DNA from: Malacoraja senta
Taxonomy: Eukaryota
Length of the DNA stretch: 64,000 bases
Assembly: GCA_038087875.1 (NCBI GenBank)
Contig: CM075988.1
Location: forward strand, 186,001 to 250,000
Direction: 5' to 3'
Shown here: piece after piece, positions 12,301 to 24,300 of the stretch
Layout: each line of letters opens with the position of its first letter
How positions within the stretch are numbered: the first letter of the stretch is position 1
Position numbers and translations under genes: made by a program
Notes under the pieces: generated by a model
Told to the model about the DNA's origin: nothing
Seen by the model: only the letters and a program-made list of their open reading frames with translations
The model's database searches: none

Positions 12301-15300
12301 GTGAGTGTGACCGGTTAGTGAGTGTGGCCCATGAGTGAGTGTGACCCGTGAGTGAGTGTGACCCGTGAGTGAGTGAGTGAGTGAGTGAGTGAGTGAGTGA
12401 GTGAGTGAGTGAGTGAGTGAGTGAGTGAGTGATTGAGTGAGTGAGTGAGTGAGTCAGTGAGTGAGTGAGTGAGTGATGCCAGTGTGTGAGGGAGTGAATG
12501 TGGCCGGTGCGTGAGTGAGTGAGTGTAGCCGGTGAGTGTGGCCGGTGAGTGAGTGAGTGCGTCCGGTGAGTTAGTGAGTGAGTGAGTGTGGCTGGTGAGT
12601 GAGTGAGTGTGGCCAGTGAGTGAGTGAGTGAGTTAGTGAGTGTGGCCGGTGAGTGAGTGAGTGTGGCCGGTGAGTGAGTGTGTGAGTGAGTGAGTGAGTG
12701 AGTGAGTGAGTGAGTGAGTGAGTGAGTGAGTGAGTGAGTGAGTGAGTGAGTGAGTGAGTGAGTGAGTGAGTGAGTGAGTGTGGCCGGTGAGTGAGTGAGT
12801 GAGTGAGTGTGGCCGGTGAGTGAGTGAGTGTGAGTGGGTGTGGCCGGTGTGTGAGTGAGTGTGGCCAGTGAGTGAGTGAGTGAGTGCATGAGTGTGGCCG
12901 GTGAGTGATTGAGTGAGTGTGGCCACTGTGGCCAGTGTGTGAGTGAGTGAGTGTGGCCAGTGAGTGAGTGTGGCCAGTGAGTGTGTGTGGCCGGTGAGTG
13001 AGTGAGTGAGTGAGTGTGGCCGGTGAGTGAGTGAGTGTGAGTGGGTGTGGCCGGTGAGTGAGTGAGTGTGGCCGGTGAGTGAGTGAGTGAGTGCATGAGT
13101 GTGGCCGGTGAGTGATTGAGTGAGTGTGGCGACTGTGGCCAGTGTGTGAGTGAGTGAGTGTGGCCAGTGACTGAGTGTGGCCGGTGAGTGAGTGTGGCCG
13201 GTGAGTGAGTGAGTGAGTGAGTGAGTGTGTGAGTGAGTGAGTGAGTGAGTGAGTGTGAGTGAGTGAGTGAGTGAGTGAGTGAGTGAGTGAGTGAGTGACT
13301 GACTGAGTGAGTGAGTGAGTGAGTGAGAGAGTGAGTGAATGAGTGAGTGAGTGAGTGAGTGAGTGAGTGAGTGAGTGATGCCGGTGTGTGAGTGAGTGAA
13401 TGTGGCCGGTGAGTGTGGCCGGTGAGTGAGTGAGTGCGGCCGGTGAGTTACTGAGTGAGTGAGTGTGGCTGGTGAGTGAGTGAGTGTGGCCGGTGAGTGA
13501 GTGAGTGAGTTAGTGAGTGTGGCCGGTGAGTGAGTGAGTGTGGCCCGTGAGTGAGTGTGGCCCGTGAGTGAGTGAGTGAGTGAGTGAGTGAGTGAGTGAG
13601 TGAGTGAGTGAGTGAGTGAGTGAGTGAGTGAGTGAGTGAGTGAGTGAGTGAGTGAGTGTGTGAGTAAGTGTGGCCCGTGAATGAGTGAGTGATTGAGTGT
13701 GGCCCGTGAGTGAGTGTGAGTGAGTGTGGCCCGTGAGTGAGTGTGTTTGGCCTGTGAGTGAGTGAGTGTGGCCGGTGAGTGAGTGCGGCCCGTGAGTGAG
13801 TGATTGCGTCCGGTGAGTGAGTGAGTGTGGTCGGTGAGCAAGTGAGTGAGTGTGACCGGTGAGTGAGTGTGGCCCATGAGTGAGTGTGACCCGTGAGTGA
13901 GTGTGACCCGTGAGTGAGTGAGTGAGTGAGTGAGTGAGTGAGTGAGTGAGTGAGTGAGTGAGTGAGTGAGTGAGTGAGTGAGTGAGTGAGTGAGTGAGTG
14001 ATGCCGGTGTGTGAGTGAGTGAATGTGGCCGGTGCGTGAGTGAGTGAGTGTGGCCGGTGAGTGTGGCCGGTGAATGAGTGAGTGTGGCCGGTAAGTTAGT
14101 GAGTGAGTGAGTGTGGCTGGTGAGTGAGTGAGTGTGGCCGGTGAGTGAGTGAGTGAGTTAGTGAGTGTGGCCGGTGAGTGAGTGAGTGTGGCCCGTGAGT
14201 GAGTGTGGCCTGTGAGTGAGTGAGTGAGTGAGTGAGTGAGTGAGTGAGTGAGTGAGTGAGTGAGTAAGTGAGTGAGTGAGTGAGTGAGTGAGTGAGTGAG
14301 TGAGTGAGACCTGTGAATGAGTGAGTGATTGAGTGTGGCCTGTGAGTGAGTGTGAGTGAGTGTGGCCCGTGAGTGAGTGTGTGTGGCCCGTGAGTGAGTG
14401 AGTGTGGCCGGAGAGTGAGTGTGGCCCGTGAGTGAGTGAGTGCAGCCGGTGAGTGAGTGAGTGTGGTCGGTGAGCGAGTGAGTGAGTGTGACCGGTTAGT
14501 GAGTGTGGCCCATGAGTGAGTGTGACCCGTGAGTGAGTGTGACCCATGAGTGAGTGAGTGAGTGAGTGAGTGAGTGAGTGAGTGAGTGAGTGATTGAGTG
14601 AGTGAGTGAGTGAGTGAGTGAGTGAGTGAGTGATGCCGGTGTGTGAGGGAGTGAATGTGGCCAGTGCGTGAGTGAGTGAGTGTGGCCGGTGAGTGTGGCC
14701 GGTGAGTGAGTGAGTGCGGCCGGTGAGTTAGTGAGTGAGTGAGTGTGGCTGGTGAGTGAGTGAGTGTGGCCAGTGAGTGAGTGAGTGAGTTAGTGAGTGT
14801 GGCCGGTGAGTGAGTGAGTGTGGCCGGTGAGTGAGTGTGTGAGTGAGTGTGTGAGTGAATGAGTGAGTGAGTGAGTGAGTGAGTGAGTGAGTGAGTGAGT
14901 GAGTGATGGAGTGAGTGAGTGAGTGAGTGAGTGAGTGAGTGAGTGTGGCTGGTGAGTGAGTGAGTGCGTGAGTGTGGCCAGTGAGTGAGTGAGTGAGTGA
15001 GTGTGGCCGGTGAGTGAGTGAGTGTGAGTGGGTGTGGCCGGTGAGTGAGTGAGTGTGGCCGGTGAGTGAGTGAGTGAGTGAGTGCATGAGTGTGGCCGGT
15101 GAGTGATTGAGTGAGTGTGGCCACAGTGGCCAGTGTGTGAGTGAGTGAGTGTGGCCAGTGAGTGAGTGTGGCCGGGGAGTGTGTGTGGCCGGTGAGTGAG
15201 TGAGTGAGTGAGTGAGTGTGTGAGTGAGTGAGTGAGTGAGTGAGTGAGTGAGTGTGAGTGAGTGAGTGAGTGAGTGAGTGAGTGAGTGAGTGAGTGAGTG

Positions 15301-18300
15301 AGTGAGTGAGTGAGTGAGTGAGTGAATGAGTGAGTGAGTGAGTGAGTGAGTGAGCGAGTGAGTGAGTGAGTGTGGCCCGTGAATGAGTGAGTGATTGAGT
15401 GTGGCCCGTGAGTGAGTGTGTGTGGCCCGTGAGTGAGTGAGTGTAGCCGGTGTGTGAGTGTGGCCCGTGAGTGAGTGAGTGTGGCCCATGAGTGAGTGAG
15501 TGCGGCCGGTGAGTGAGTGAGTGTGGTCGGTGAGCGAGTGAGTGAGTGTGACCGGGGAGTGAGTGTGGCCCATGAGTGAGTGTGGCCCGTGAGTGAGTGT
15601 GACCCGTGAGTGAGTGAGTGAGTGAGTGAGTGAGTGAGTGAGTGAGTGAGTGAGTGAGTGAGTGAGTGAGTGAGTGAGTGAGTGAGTGAGTGAGTGATGC
15701 CGGTGTGTGAGTGAGTGAGTGTGGCCGGTGAGTGTGGCCGGTGAGTGAGTAAGTGCGGCCGGTGAGTTAGTGAGTGAGTGAATGTGGCTGGTGAGTGAGT
15801 GAGTGTGGCCGGTGAGTGAGTGAGTGAGTTAGTGAGTGTGGCCGGTGAGTGAGTGAGTGTGGCCGGTGAGTGAGTGTGTGTGAGTGAGTGAGTGAATGAG
15901 TGAGTGAGTGAGTGAGTGAGTGAGTGAGTGAGTGAGTGAGTGAGTGAGTGAGTGAGTGAGGCTGGTGAGTGAGTGAGTGCGTGAGTGTGGCCGGTGAGTG
16001 AGTGAGTGAGTGAGTGTGGCCGGTGAGTGAGTGAGTGTGAGTGGGTGTGGCCGGTGAGTGAGTGAGTGAGTGTGGCCGGTGCGTGAGTGAGTGAGTGCAT
16101 GAGTGTAGCCGGTGAGTGAGTGAGTGAGTGTGGCCACTGTGGCCAGTGTGTGAGTGAGTGAGTGTGGCCAGTGAGTGAGTGTGGCCGGTGAGTGAGTGTG
16201 GCCGGTGAGTGAGTGAGTGAGTGAGTGAGTGAGTGAGTGAGTGAGTGAGTGAGTGAGTGAGTGAGTGAGTGAGTGAGTGAGTGAGTGAGTGAGTGAGTGA
16301 GTGAATGAGTGAGTGAATGAGTGAGTGAGTGAGTGAGTGAGTGAGCGAGTGAGTGAGTGTGGCCCGTGAATGAGTGAGTGATTGAGTGTGGCCCGTGAGT
16401 GAGTGTGAGTGAGTGTGGCCCGTGAGTGAGTGTGTGTGGCCCGCGAGTGAGTGAGTGTAGCCGGTGTGTGAGTGTGGCCCGTGAGTGAGTGTGTGTGGCC
16501 CGTGAGTGAGTGAGTGCGGCCGGTGAGTGAGTGAGTGTGGTCGGTGAGCGAGTGAGTGAGTGTGACCGGTGAGTGAGTGTGGCCCATGAGTGAGTGTGAC
16601 CCGTGAGTGAGTGTGACCCGTGAGTGAGTGAGTGAGTGAGTGAGTGTGTGAGTGAGTGAGTGAGTGAGTGAGTGAGTGAGTGAGTGAGTGAGTGAGTGAG
16701 TGAGTGAGTGAGTGAGTGAGTGAGTGAGTGAGTGATGCCGGTGTGTGAGTGAGTGAATGTGGCCGGTGCGTGAGTGAGTGAGTGTGGCCGGTGAGTGTGG
16801 CCGGTGAGTGAGTGAGTGCGGCCGGTGAGTTACTGAGTGAGTGAGTGTGGTTGGTGAGTGAGTGAGTGTGGCCGGTGAGTGAGTGAGTGAGTTAGTGAGT
16901 GTGGCCGGTGAGTGAGTGAGTGTGGCCCGTGAGTGAGTGTGGCCCGTGAGTGAGTGAGTGAGTGAGTGAGTGAGTGAGTGAGTGAGTGAGTGAGTGAGTG
17001 AGTGAGTGAGTGAATGAGTGAGTGAGTGAGTGAGTCAGTGTGGCCCGTGAATGAGTGAGTGATTGAGTGTGGCCCGTGAGTGAGTGTGAGTGAGTGTGGC
17101 CCATGCGTGAGTGTGTGTGGCCCGTGAGTGAGTGAGTGAGTGAGTGAGTGAGTGAGTGAGTGAGTGAGTGAGTGCGTGAGTGAGTGAGTGAGTGAGTGTG
17201 GCCCGTGAATGAGTGTGATTGAGTGTGGCCCGTGAGTGAGTGTGAGTGAGTGTGGCCCGTGAGTGAGTGTGTGTGGCCCGTGAGTGAGTGAGTGTGGCCA
17301 GTGAGTGAGTGTGGCCCGTGAGTGAGTGCGTCTGGTGAGTGAGTGAGTGTGGTCGGTGAGCGAGTGAGTGAGTGTGGCCGGTGAGTGTGGCCGGTGAGTG
17401 AGTGAGTGTGGCCGGTGAGTTAGTGAGTGAGTGAGTGTGGCTGGTGAGTGAGTGAGTGTGGCCGGTGAGTGAGTGAGTGAGTTAGTGAGTGTGGCCGGTG
17501 AGTGAGTGAGTGTGGCCCGTGAGTGAGTGTGGCCTGTGAGTGAGTGAGTGAGTGAGTGAGTGAGTGAGTGAGTGAGTGAGTGAGTGAGTGAGTGAGTGAG
17601 TGAGTGAGTGAGTGAGTGAGTGAGTGAGTGAGTGAGTGAGTGTGGCCCATGAATGAGTGAGTAATTGAGTGTGGCCTGTGAGTGTGTGAGTGAGTGTGGC
17701 CCATGAGTGAGTGTGTGTGGCCCATGAGTGAGTGAGTGTGACCGGTGAGTGAGTGTGGCCCGTGAGTGAGTGAGTGAGTTAGTGAGTGTGGCCGGTGAGT
17801 GAGTGAGTGTGGTCCATGAGTGAGTGTGGCCCGTGAGTGAGTGAGTGAGTGAGTGAGTGAGTGAGTGAGTGAGTGAGTGAGTGAGTGAGTGAGTGAGTGA
17901 GTGAGTGAGTGAGTGAGTGAGTGAGTGAGCGAGTGAGTGAGTGAGTGAGTGTGGCCCGTGAATGAGTGAGTGAGTGAGTGTGGCCTGTGAGTGAGTGTGA
18001 GTGAGTGTGGGCCGTGAGTGAGTGTGTGTGGCCCGTGAGTGAGTGAGTGTGGCCGGTGAGTGAGTGTGGCCCGTGAGTGAGTGAGTGCGGCCGGAGAGTG
18101 AGTGAGTGTGGTCGGTGAGCGAGTGAATGAGTGTGACCGGTGAGTGAGTGTGGCCCATGAGTGAGTGTGACCCGTGAGTGAGTGTGACCCGTGAGTGAGT
18201 GAGTGAGTGAGTGAGTGAGTGAGTGAGTGAGTGAGTGAGTGAGTGAGTGAGTGAGTGAGTGAGTGAGTGAGTGAGTGATGCCGGTGTGTGAGTGAGTGAA

Positions 18301-21300
18301 TGTGGCCGGTGCGTGAGTGAGTGAGTGTGGCTGGTGAGTGTGGCCAGTGAGTGAGTGAGTGCGGCCGGTGAGTTACTGAGTGAGTGAGTGTGGCTGGTGA
18401 GTGAGTGAGTGTGGCCGGTGAGTGAGTGAGTGAGTTAGTGAGTGTGGCCGGTGAGTGAGTGAGTGTGGCCCGTGAGTGAGTGTGGCCCGTGAGTGAGTGA
18501 GTGAGTGAGTGAGTGAGTGAGTGAGTGAGTGAGTGAGTGAGTGAGTGAGTGAGTGAGTGTGTGAGTGAGTGTGGCCCGTGAATGAGTGTGTGATTGAGTG
18601 TGGCCCGTGAGTGAGTGTGAGTGAGTGTGGCCCGTGAGTGAGTGTGTTTGGCCCGTGAGTGAGTGAGTGTGGCCTGTGAGTGAGTGTGGCCCGTGAGTGA
18701 GTGATTGCATCCGGTGAGTGAGTGAGTGTGGTCGGTGAGCGAGTGAGTGAGTGTGACCGGTGAGTGAGTGTGGCCCATGAGTGAGTGTGACCCGTGAGTG
18801 AGTGTGACCCGTGAGTGAGTGAGTGAGTGAGTGAGTGAGTGAGTGAGTGAGTGAGTGAGCGAGTGAGTGAGTGAGTGAGTGAGTGATGCCGGTGTGTGAG
18901 TGAGTGAATGTGGCCGGTGCGTGAGTGAGTGAGTGTGGCCGGTGAGTGTGGCCGGTGAATGAGTGAGTGTGGCCGGTAAGTTAGTGAGTGAGTGAGTGTG
19001 GCTGGTGAGTGAGTGAGTGTGGCCGGTGAGTGAGTGAGTGAGTTAGTGAGTGTGGCCAGTGAGTGAGTGAGTGTGGCCCTTGAGTGAGTGTGGCCTGTGA
19101 GTGAGTGAGTGAGTGAGTGAGTGAGTGAGTGAGTGAGTGAGTGAGTGAGTGAGTGAGTGAGTGAGTGAGTGAGTGAGTGAGTGAGTGAGTGAGTGTGGCC
19201 CATGAATGAGTGAGTGATTGAGTGTGGCCTGTGAGTGAGTGTGAGTGAGTGTGGCCCGTGAGTGAGTGTGTGTGGCCCGTGAGTGAGTGAGTGTGGCCGG
19301 TGAGTGAGTGTGGCCCGTGAGTGAGTGAGTGAGTTAGTGAGTGTGGCCGGTGAGTGAGTGAGTGTGGCCCATGAGTGAGTGTGGCCCGTGAGTGAGTGAG
19401 TGAGTGAGTGAGTGAGTGAGTGAGTGAGTGAGTGAGTGAGTGAGTGAGTGAGTGAGTGAGTGAGTGAGTGAGTGAGTGAGTGAGTGAGTGTGGCCCGTGA
19501 ATGAGTGAGTGAGTGAGTGTGGCCTGTGAGTGAGTGTGAGTGAGTGTGGGCCGTGAGTGAGTGTGTGTGGCCCGTGAGTGAGTGAGTGTGGCCGGTGAGT
19601 GAGTGTGGCCCGTGAGTGAGTGAGTGCGGCCGGTGAGTGAGTGAGTGTGGTCGGTGAGCGAGTGAATGAGTGTGACCGGTGAGTGAGTGTGGCCCATGAG
19701 TGAGTGTGACCCGTGAGTGAGTGTGACCCGTGAGTGAGTGAGTGAGTGAGTGATTGAGTGAGTGAGTGAGTGAGTGAGTGAGTGAGTGAGTGAGTGAGTG
19801 ATGCCGGTGTGTGAGTGAGTGAATGTGGCCGGTGCGTGAGTGAGTGTTTGGCCGGTGAGTGTGGCCGGTGAGTGAGTGAGTGCGGCCGGTGAGTTACTGA
19901 GTGAGTGAGTGTGGCTGGTGAGTGAGTGAGTGTGGCCGGTGAGTGAGTGAGTGAGTTAGTGTGTGTGGCCGGTGAGTGAGTGAGTGTGGCCCGTGAGTGA
20001 GTGTGGCCCATGAGTGGGTGAGTGAGTGAGTGAGTGAGTGAGTGAGTGAGTGAGTGAGTGAGTGAGTGAGTGAGTGAGTGAGTGAGTGAGTGAGTGAGTG
20101 AGTGTGTGAGTGAGTGTGGCCTGTGAATGAGTGAGTGATTGAGTGTGGCCCGTGAGTGAGTGTGAGTGAGTGTGGCCCGTGACTGAGTGTGTTTGGCCCG
20201 TGAGTGAGTGAGTGTGGCCGGTGAGTGAGTGTGGCCCGTGAGTGTGTGATTGCGTCCGGTGAGTGAGTGAGTGTGGTCGGTGAGCGAGTGAGTGAGTGTG
20301 ACCGGTGAGTGAGTGTGGCCCATGAGTGAGTGTGACCCGTGAGTGAGTGTGACCCGTGAGTGAGTGAGTGAGTGAGTGAGTGAGTGAGTGAGTGAGTGAG
20401 TGAGTGTGGCTGGTGAGTGAGTGAGTGCGTGAGTGTGGCCGGTGAGTGAGTGAGTGAGTGAGTGTGGCCGGTGAGTGAGTGAGCGTGAGTGGGTGTGGCC
20501 GGTGAGTGAGTGAGTGTGGCCGGTGAGTGAGTGAGTGAGTGCATGAGTGTGGCCGGTGAGTGATTGAGTGAGTGTGGCCACTGTGGCCAGTGTGTGAGTG
20601 AGTGGTGTGGCCAGTGAGTGAGTGTGGCCGGTGAGTGTGTGTGGCCGGTGAGTGAGTGAGTGAGTGAGTGAGTGTGTGAGTGAGTGAGTGAGTGAGTGAG
20701 TGTGAGAGAGTGAGTGAGTGAGTGTGTGAGTGAGTGAGTGAGTGAGTGAGTGAGTGAGTGAGTGAGTGAGTGAGTGAATGAGTGAGTGAGTGAGTGAGTG
20801 AGTGAGCGAGTGAGTGAGTGAGTGTGGTCCGTGAATGAGTGAGTGATTGAGTGTGGCCCATGAGTGTGTGTGAGTGAGTGTGGCCCGTGAGTGAGTGTGT
20901 GTGGCCGGTGAGTGAGTGAGTGTAGCCGGTGTGTGAGTGTGGCCCGTGAGTGAGTGTGTGTGGCCCGTGCGTGAGTGAGTGTGGCCGGTGAGTGAGTGTG
21001 GCCCGTGAGTGAGTGAGTGCGGCCGGTGAGTGAGTGAGTGTGGTCGGTGAGCGAGTGAGTGAGTGTGACCGGTGAGTGAGTGTGGCCCATGAGTGAGTGT
21101 GACCCATGAGTGAGTGTGACCCGTGAGTGAGTGAGTGAGTGAGTGAGTGAGTGAGTGAGTGAGTGAGTGAGTGAGTGAGTGAGTGAGTGAGTGAGTGAGT
21201 GAGTGAGTGAGTGAGTGAGTGAGTGAGTGAGTGAGTGATGCCGGTGTGTGAGTGAGTGAATGTGGCCGGTGCGTGAGTGAGTGAGTGTGGCCGGTGAGTG

Positions 21301-24300
21301 TGGCCGGTGAGTGAGTGAGTGCGGCCGGTGAGTTAGTGAGTGAGTGAGTGTGGCTGGTGAGTGAGTGAGTGTGGCCGGTGAGTGAGTGTGTGAGTTAGTG
21401 AGTGTGGCCGGTGAGTGAGTGAGTGTGGCCGGTGAGTGAGTGTGTGTGAGTGAGTGCGTGAATGAGTGAGTGAGTGAGTGAGTGAGTGAGTGAGTGAGTG
21501 AGTGAGTGAGTGAGTGAGTGAGTGAGTGATGCCGGTGTGTGAGTGAGTGAATGTGGCCGGTGCGTGAGTGAGTGAGTGTGGCCGGTGAGTGTGGCCGGTG
21601 AGTGAGTGAGTGCGGCCGGTGAGTTACTGAGTGAGTGAGTGTGGCTGGTGAGTGAGTGAGTGTGGCCGGTGATTGAGTGAGTGAGTTAGTGAGTGTGGCC
21701 GGTGAGTGAGTGAGTGTGGCCCGTGAGTGAGTGTGGCCCGTGAGTGAGTGAGTGAGTGAGTGAGTGAGTGAGTGAGTGAGTGAGTGAGTGAGTGAATGAG
21801 TGAGTGAGTGAGTGAGTCAGTGTGGCCCGTGAATGAGTGAGTGATTGAGTGTGGCCCGTGAGTGAGTGTGAGTGAGTGTGGCCCATGAGTGAGTGTGTGT
21901 GGCCCGTGAGTGAGTGAGTGTGGCCGGTGAGTGAGTGTAGCCCGTGAGTGAGTGAGTGAGTGAGTGTGGTCGGTGAGCGAGTGAGTGAGTGTGACCGGTG
22001 AGTGAGTGTGGCCCATGAGTGAGTGTGACCCGTGAGTGAGTGTGAGTGAGTGAGTGAGTGAGTGAGTGAGTGAGTGAGTGAGTGAGTGATGCCGGTGTGT
22101 GAGTGAGTGAATGTGGCCGGTGCGTGAGTGAGTGAGTTTGGCCGGTGAGTGTGGCCGGTGAGTGAGTGCGGCCGGTGAGTTACTGAGTGAGTGAGTGTGG
22201 CTGGTGAGTGAGTGAGTGTGGCCAGTGAGTGAGTGAGTGAGTTAGTGAGTGTGGCCGGTGAGTGAGTGAGTGTGGCCCGTGAGTGAGTGTGGCCCGTGAG
22301 TGAGTGAGTGAGTGAGTGAGTGAGTGAGTGAGTGAGTGAGTGAGTGAGTGAGTGAGTGCGTGAGTGAGTGAGTGAGTGTGGCCCGTGAATGAGTGTGATT
22401 GAGTGTGGCCCGTGAGTGAGTGAGTGAGTGAGTGAGTGAGTGAGTGAGTGAGTGAGTGAGTGAGTGAGTGAGTGAGTGAGTGAGTGAATGAGTGAGTGAG
22501 TGAGTCATTGTGGCCCGTGAATGAGTGAGTGATTGAGTGTGGCCCGTGAGTGAGTGTGAGTGAGTGTGGCCCATGAGTGAGTGTGTGTGGCCCGTGAGTG
22601 AGTGAGTGTGGCCGGTGAGTGACTGTAGCCCGTGAGTGAGTGAGTGAGTGAGTGTGGTCGGTGAGCGAGTGAGTGAGTGTGACCGGTGAGTGAGTGTGGC
22701 CCATGAGTGAGTGTGACCCGTGAGTGAGTGTGAGTGAGTGAGTGAGTGAGTGAGTGAGTGAGTGAGTGAGTGAGTGAGTGAGTGAGTGAGTGAGTGAGTG
22801 AGTGAGTGAGTGAGTGAGTGAGTGAGTGATGCCGGTGTGTGAGTGAGTGAATGTGGCCGGTGCGTGAGTGAGTGAGTGTGGCCGGTGAGTGTGGCCGGTG
22901 AGTGAGTGAGTGCGGCCGGTGAGTTACCGAGTGAGTGAGTGTGGCTGGTGAGTGAGTGAGTGTGGCCGGTGAGTGAGTGAGTGAGTTAGTGAGTGTGGCC
23001 GGTGAGTGAGTGAGTGTGGCCCGTGAGTGAGTGTGGCCCGTGAGTGAGTGAGTGAGTGAGTGAGTGAGTGAGTGAGTGAGTGAGTGAGTGAGTGAGTGAG
23101 TGAGTGAGTGAGTGAGTGAGTGAGTGAGTGCGTGAGTGAGTGAGTGAGTGTGGCCCGTGAATGAGTGTGATTGAGTGTGGCCCGTGAGTGAGTGTGAGTG
23201 AGTGTGGCCCGTGAGTGAGTGTGTGTGGCCCGTGAGTGAGTGAGTGTGGCCGGTGAGTGAGTGTGGCCCGTGAGTGAGTGAGTGCGTCTGGTGAGTGAGT
23301 GAGTGTGGTCGGTGAGCGAGTGAGTGAGTGTGACCGGTGAGTGAGTGTGGCCCATGAGTGAGTGTGACCCGTGAGTGAGTGTGACCCGTGAGTGAGTGAG
23401 TGAGTGAGTGAGTGAGTGAGTGAGTGAGTGAGTGAGTGAGTGAGTGAGTGAGTGAGTGAGTGAGTGAGTGCGTGAGTGAGTGAGTAAGTGAGTGAGTGAT
23501 GCCGGTGTGTGAGTGTGGCCCATGAATGAGTGAGTGATTGAGTGTGGCCTGTGAGTGAGTGTGAGTGAGTGTGGCCCGTGAGTGAGTGTGTGTGGCCCGT
23601 GAGTGAGTGAGTGTGGCCGGTGAGTGAGTGTGGCCCGTGAGTGAGTGAGTGAGTTAGTGAGTGTGGCCGGTGAGTGAGTGAGTGTGGCCCATGAGTGAGT
23701 GTGGCCCGTGAGTGAGTGAGTGAGTGAGTGAGTGAGTGAGTGAGTGAGTGAGTGAGTGAGTGAGTGAGTGAGTGAGTGAGTGAGTGAGTGAGTGAGTGAG
23801 TGAGTGTGGCCCGTGAATGAGTGAGTGAGTGAGTGTGGCCTGTGAGTGAGTGTGAGTGAGTGTGGGCCGTGAGTGAGTGTGTGTGGCCCGTGAGTGAGTG
23901 AGTGTGGCCGGTGAGTGAGTGTGGCCCGTGAGTGAGTGAGTGCGGCCGGTGAGTGAGTGAGTGTGGTCGGTGAGCGAGTGAATGAGTGTGACCGGTGAGT
24001 GAGTGTGGCCCATGAGTGAGTGTGACCCGTGAGTGAGTGTGACCCGTGAGTGAGTGAGTGAGTGAGTGATTGAGTGAGTGAGTGAGTGAGTGAGTGAGTG
24101 AGTGAGTGAGTGAGTGATGCCGGTGTGTGAGTGAGTGAATGTGGCCGGTGCGTGAGTGAGTGTTTGGCCGGTGAGTGTGGCCGGTGAGTGAGTGAGTGCG
24201 GCCGGTGAGTTACTGAGTGAGTGAGTGTGGCTGGTGAGTGAGTGAGTGTGGCCGGTGAGTGAGTGAGTGAGTTAGTGTGTGTGGCCGGTGAGTGAGTGAG

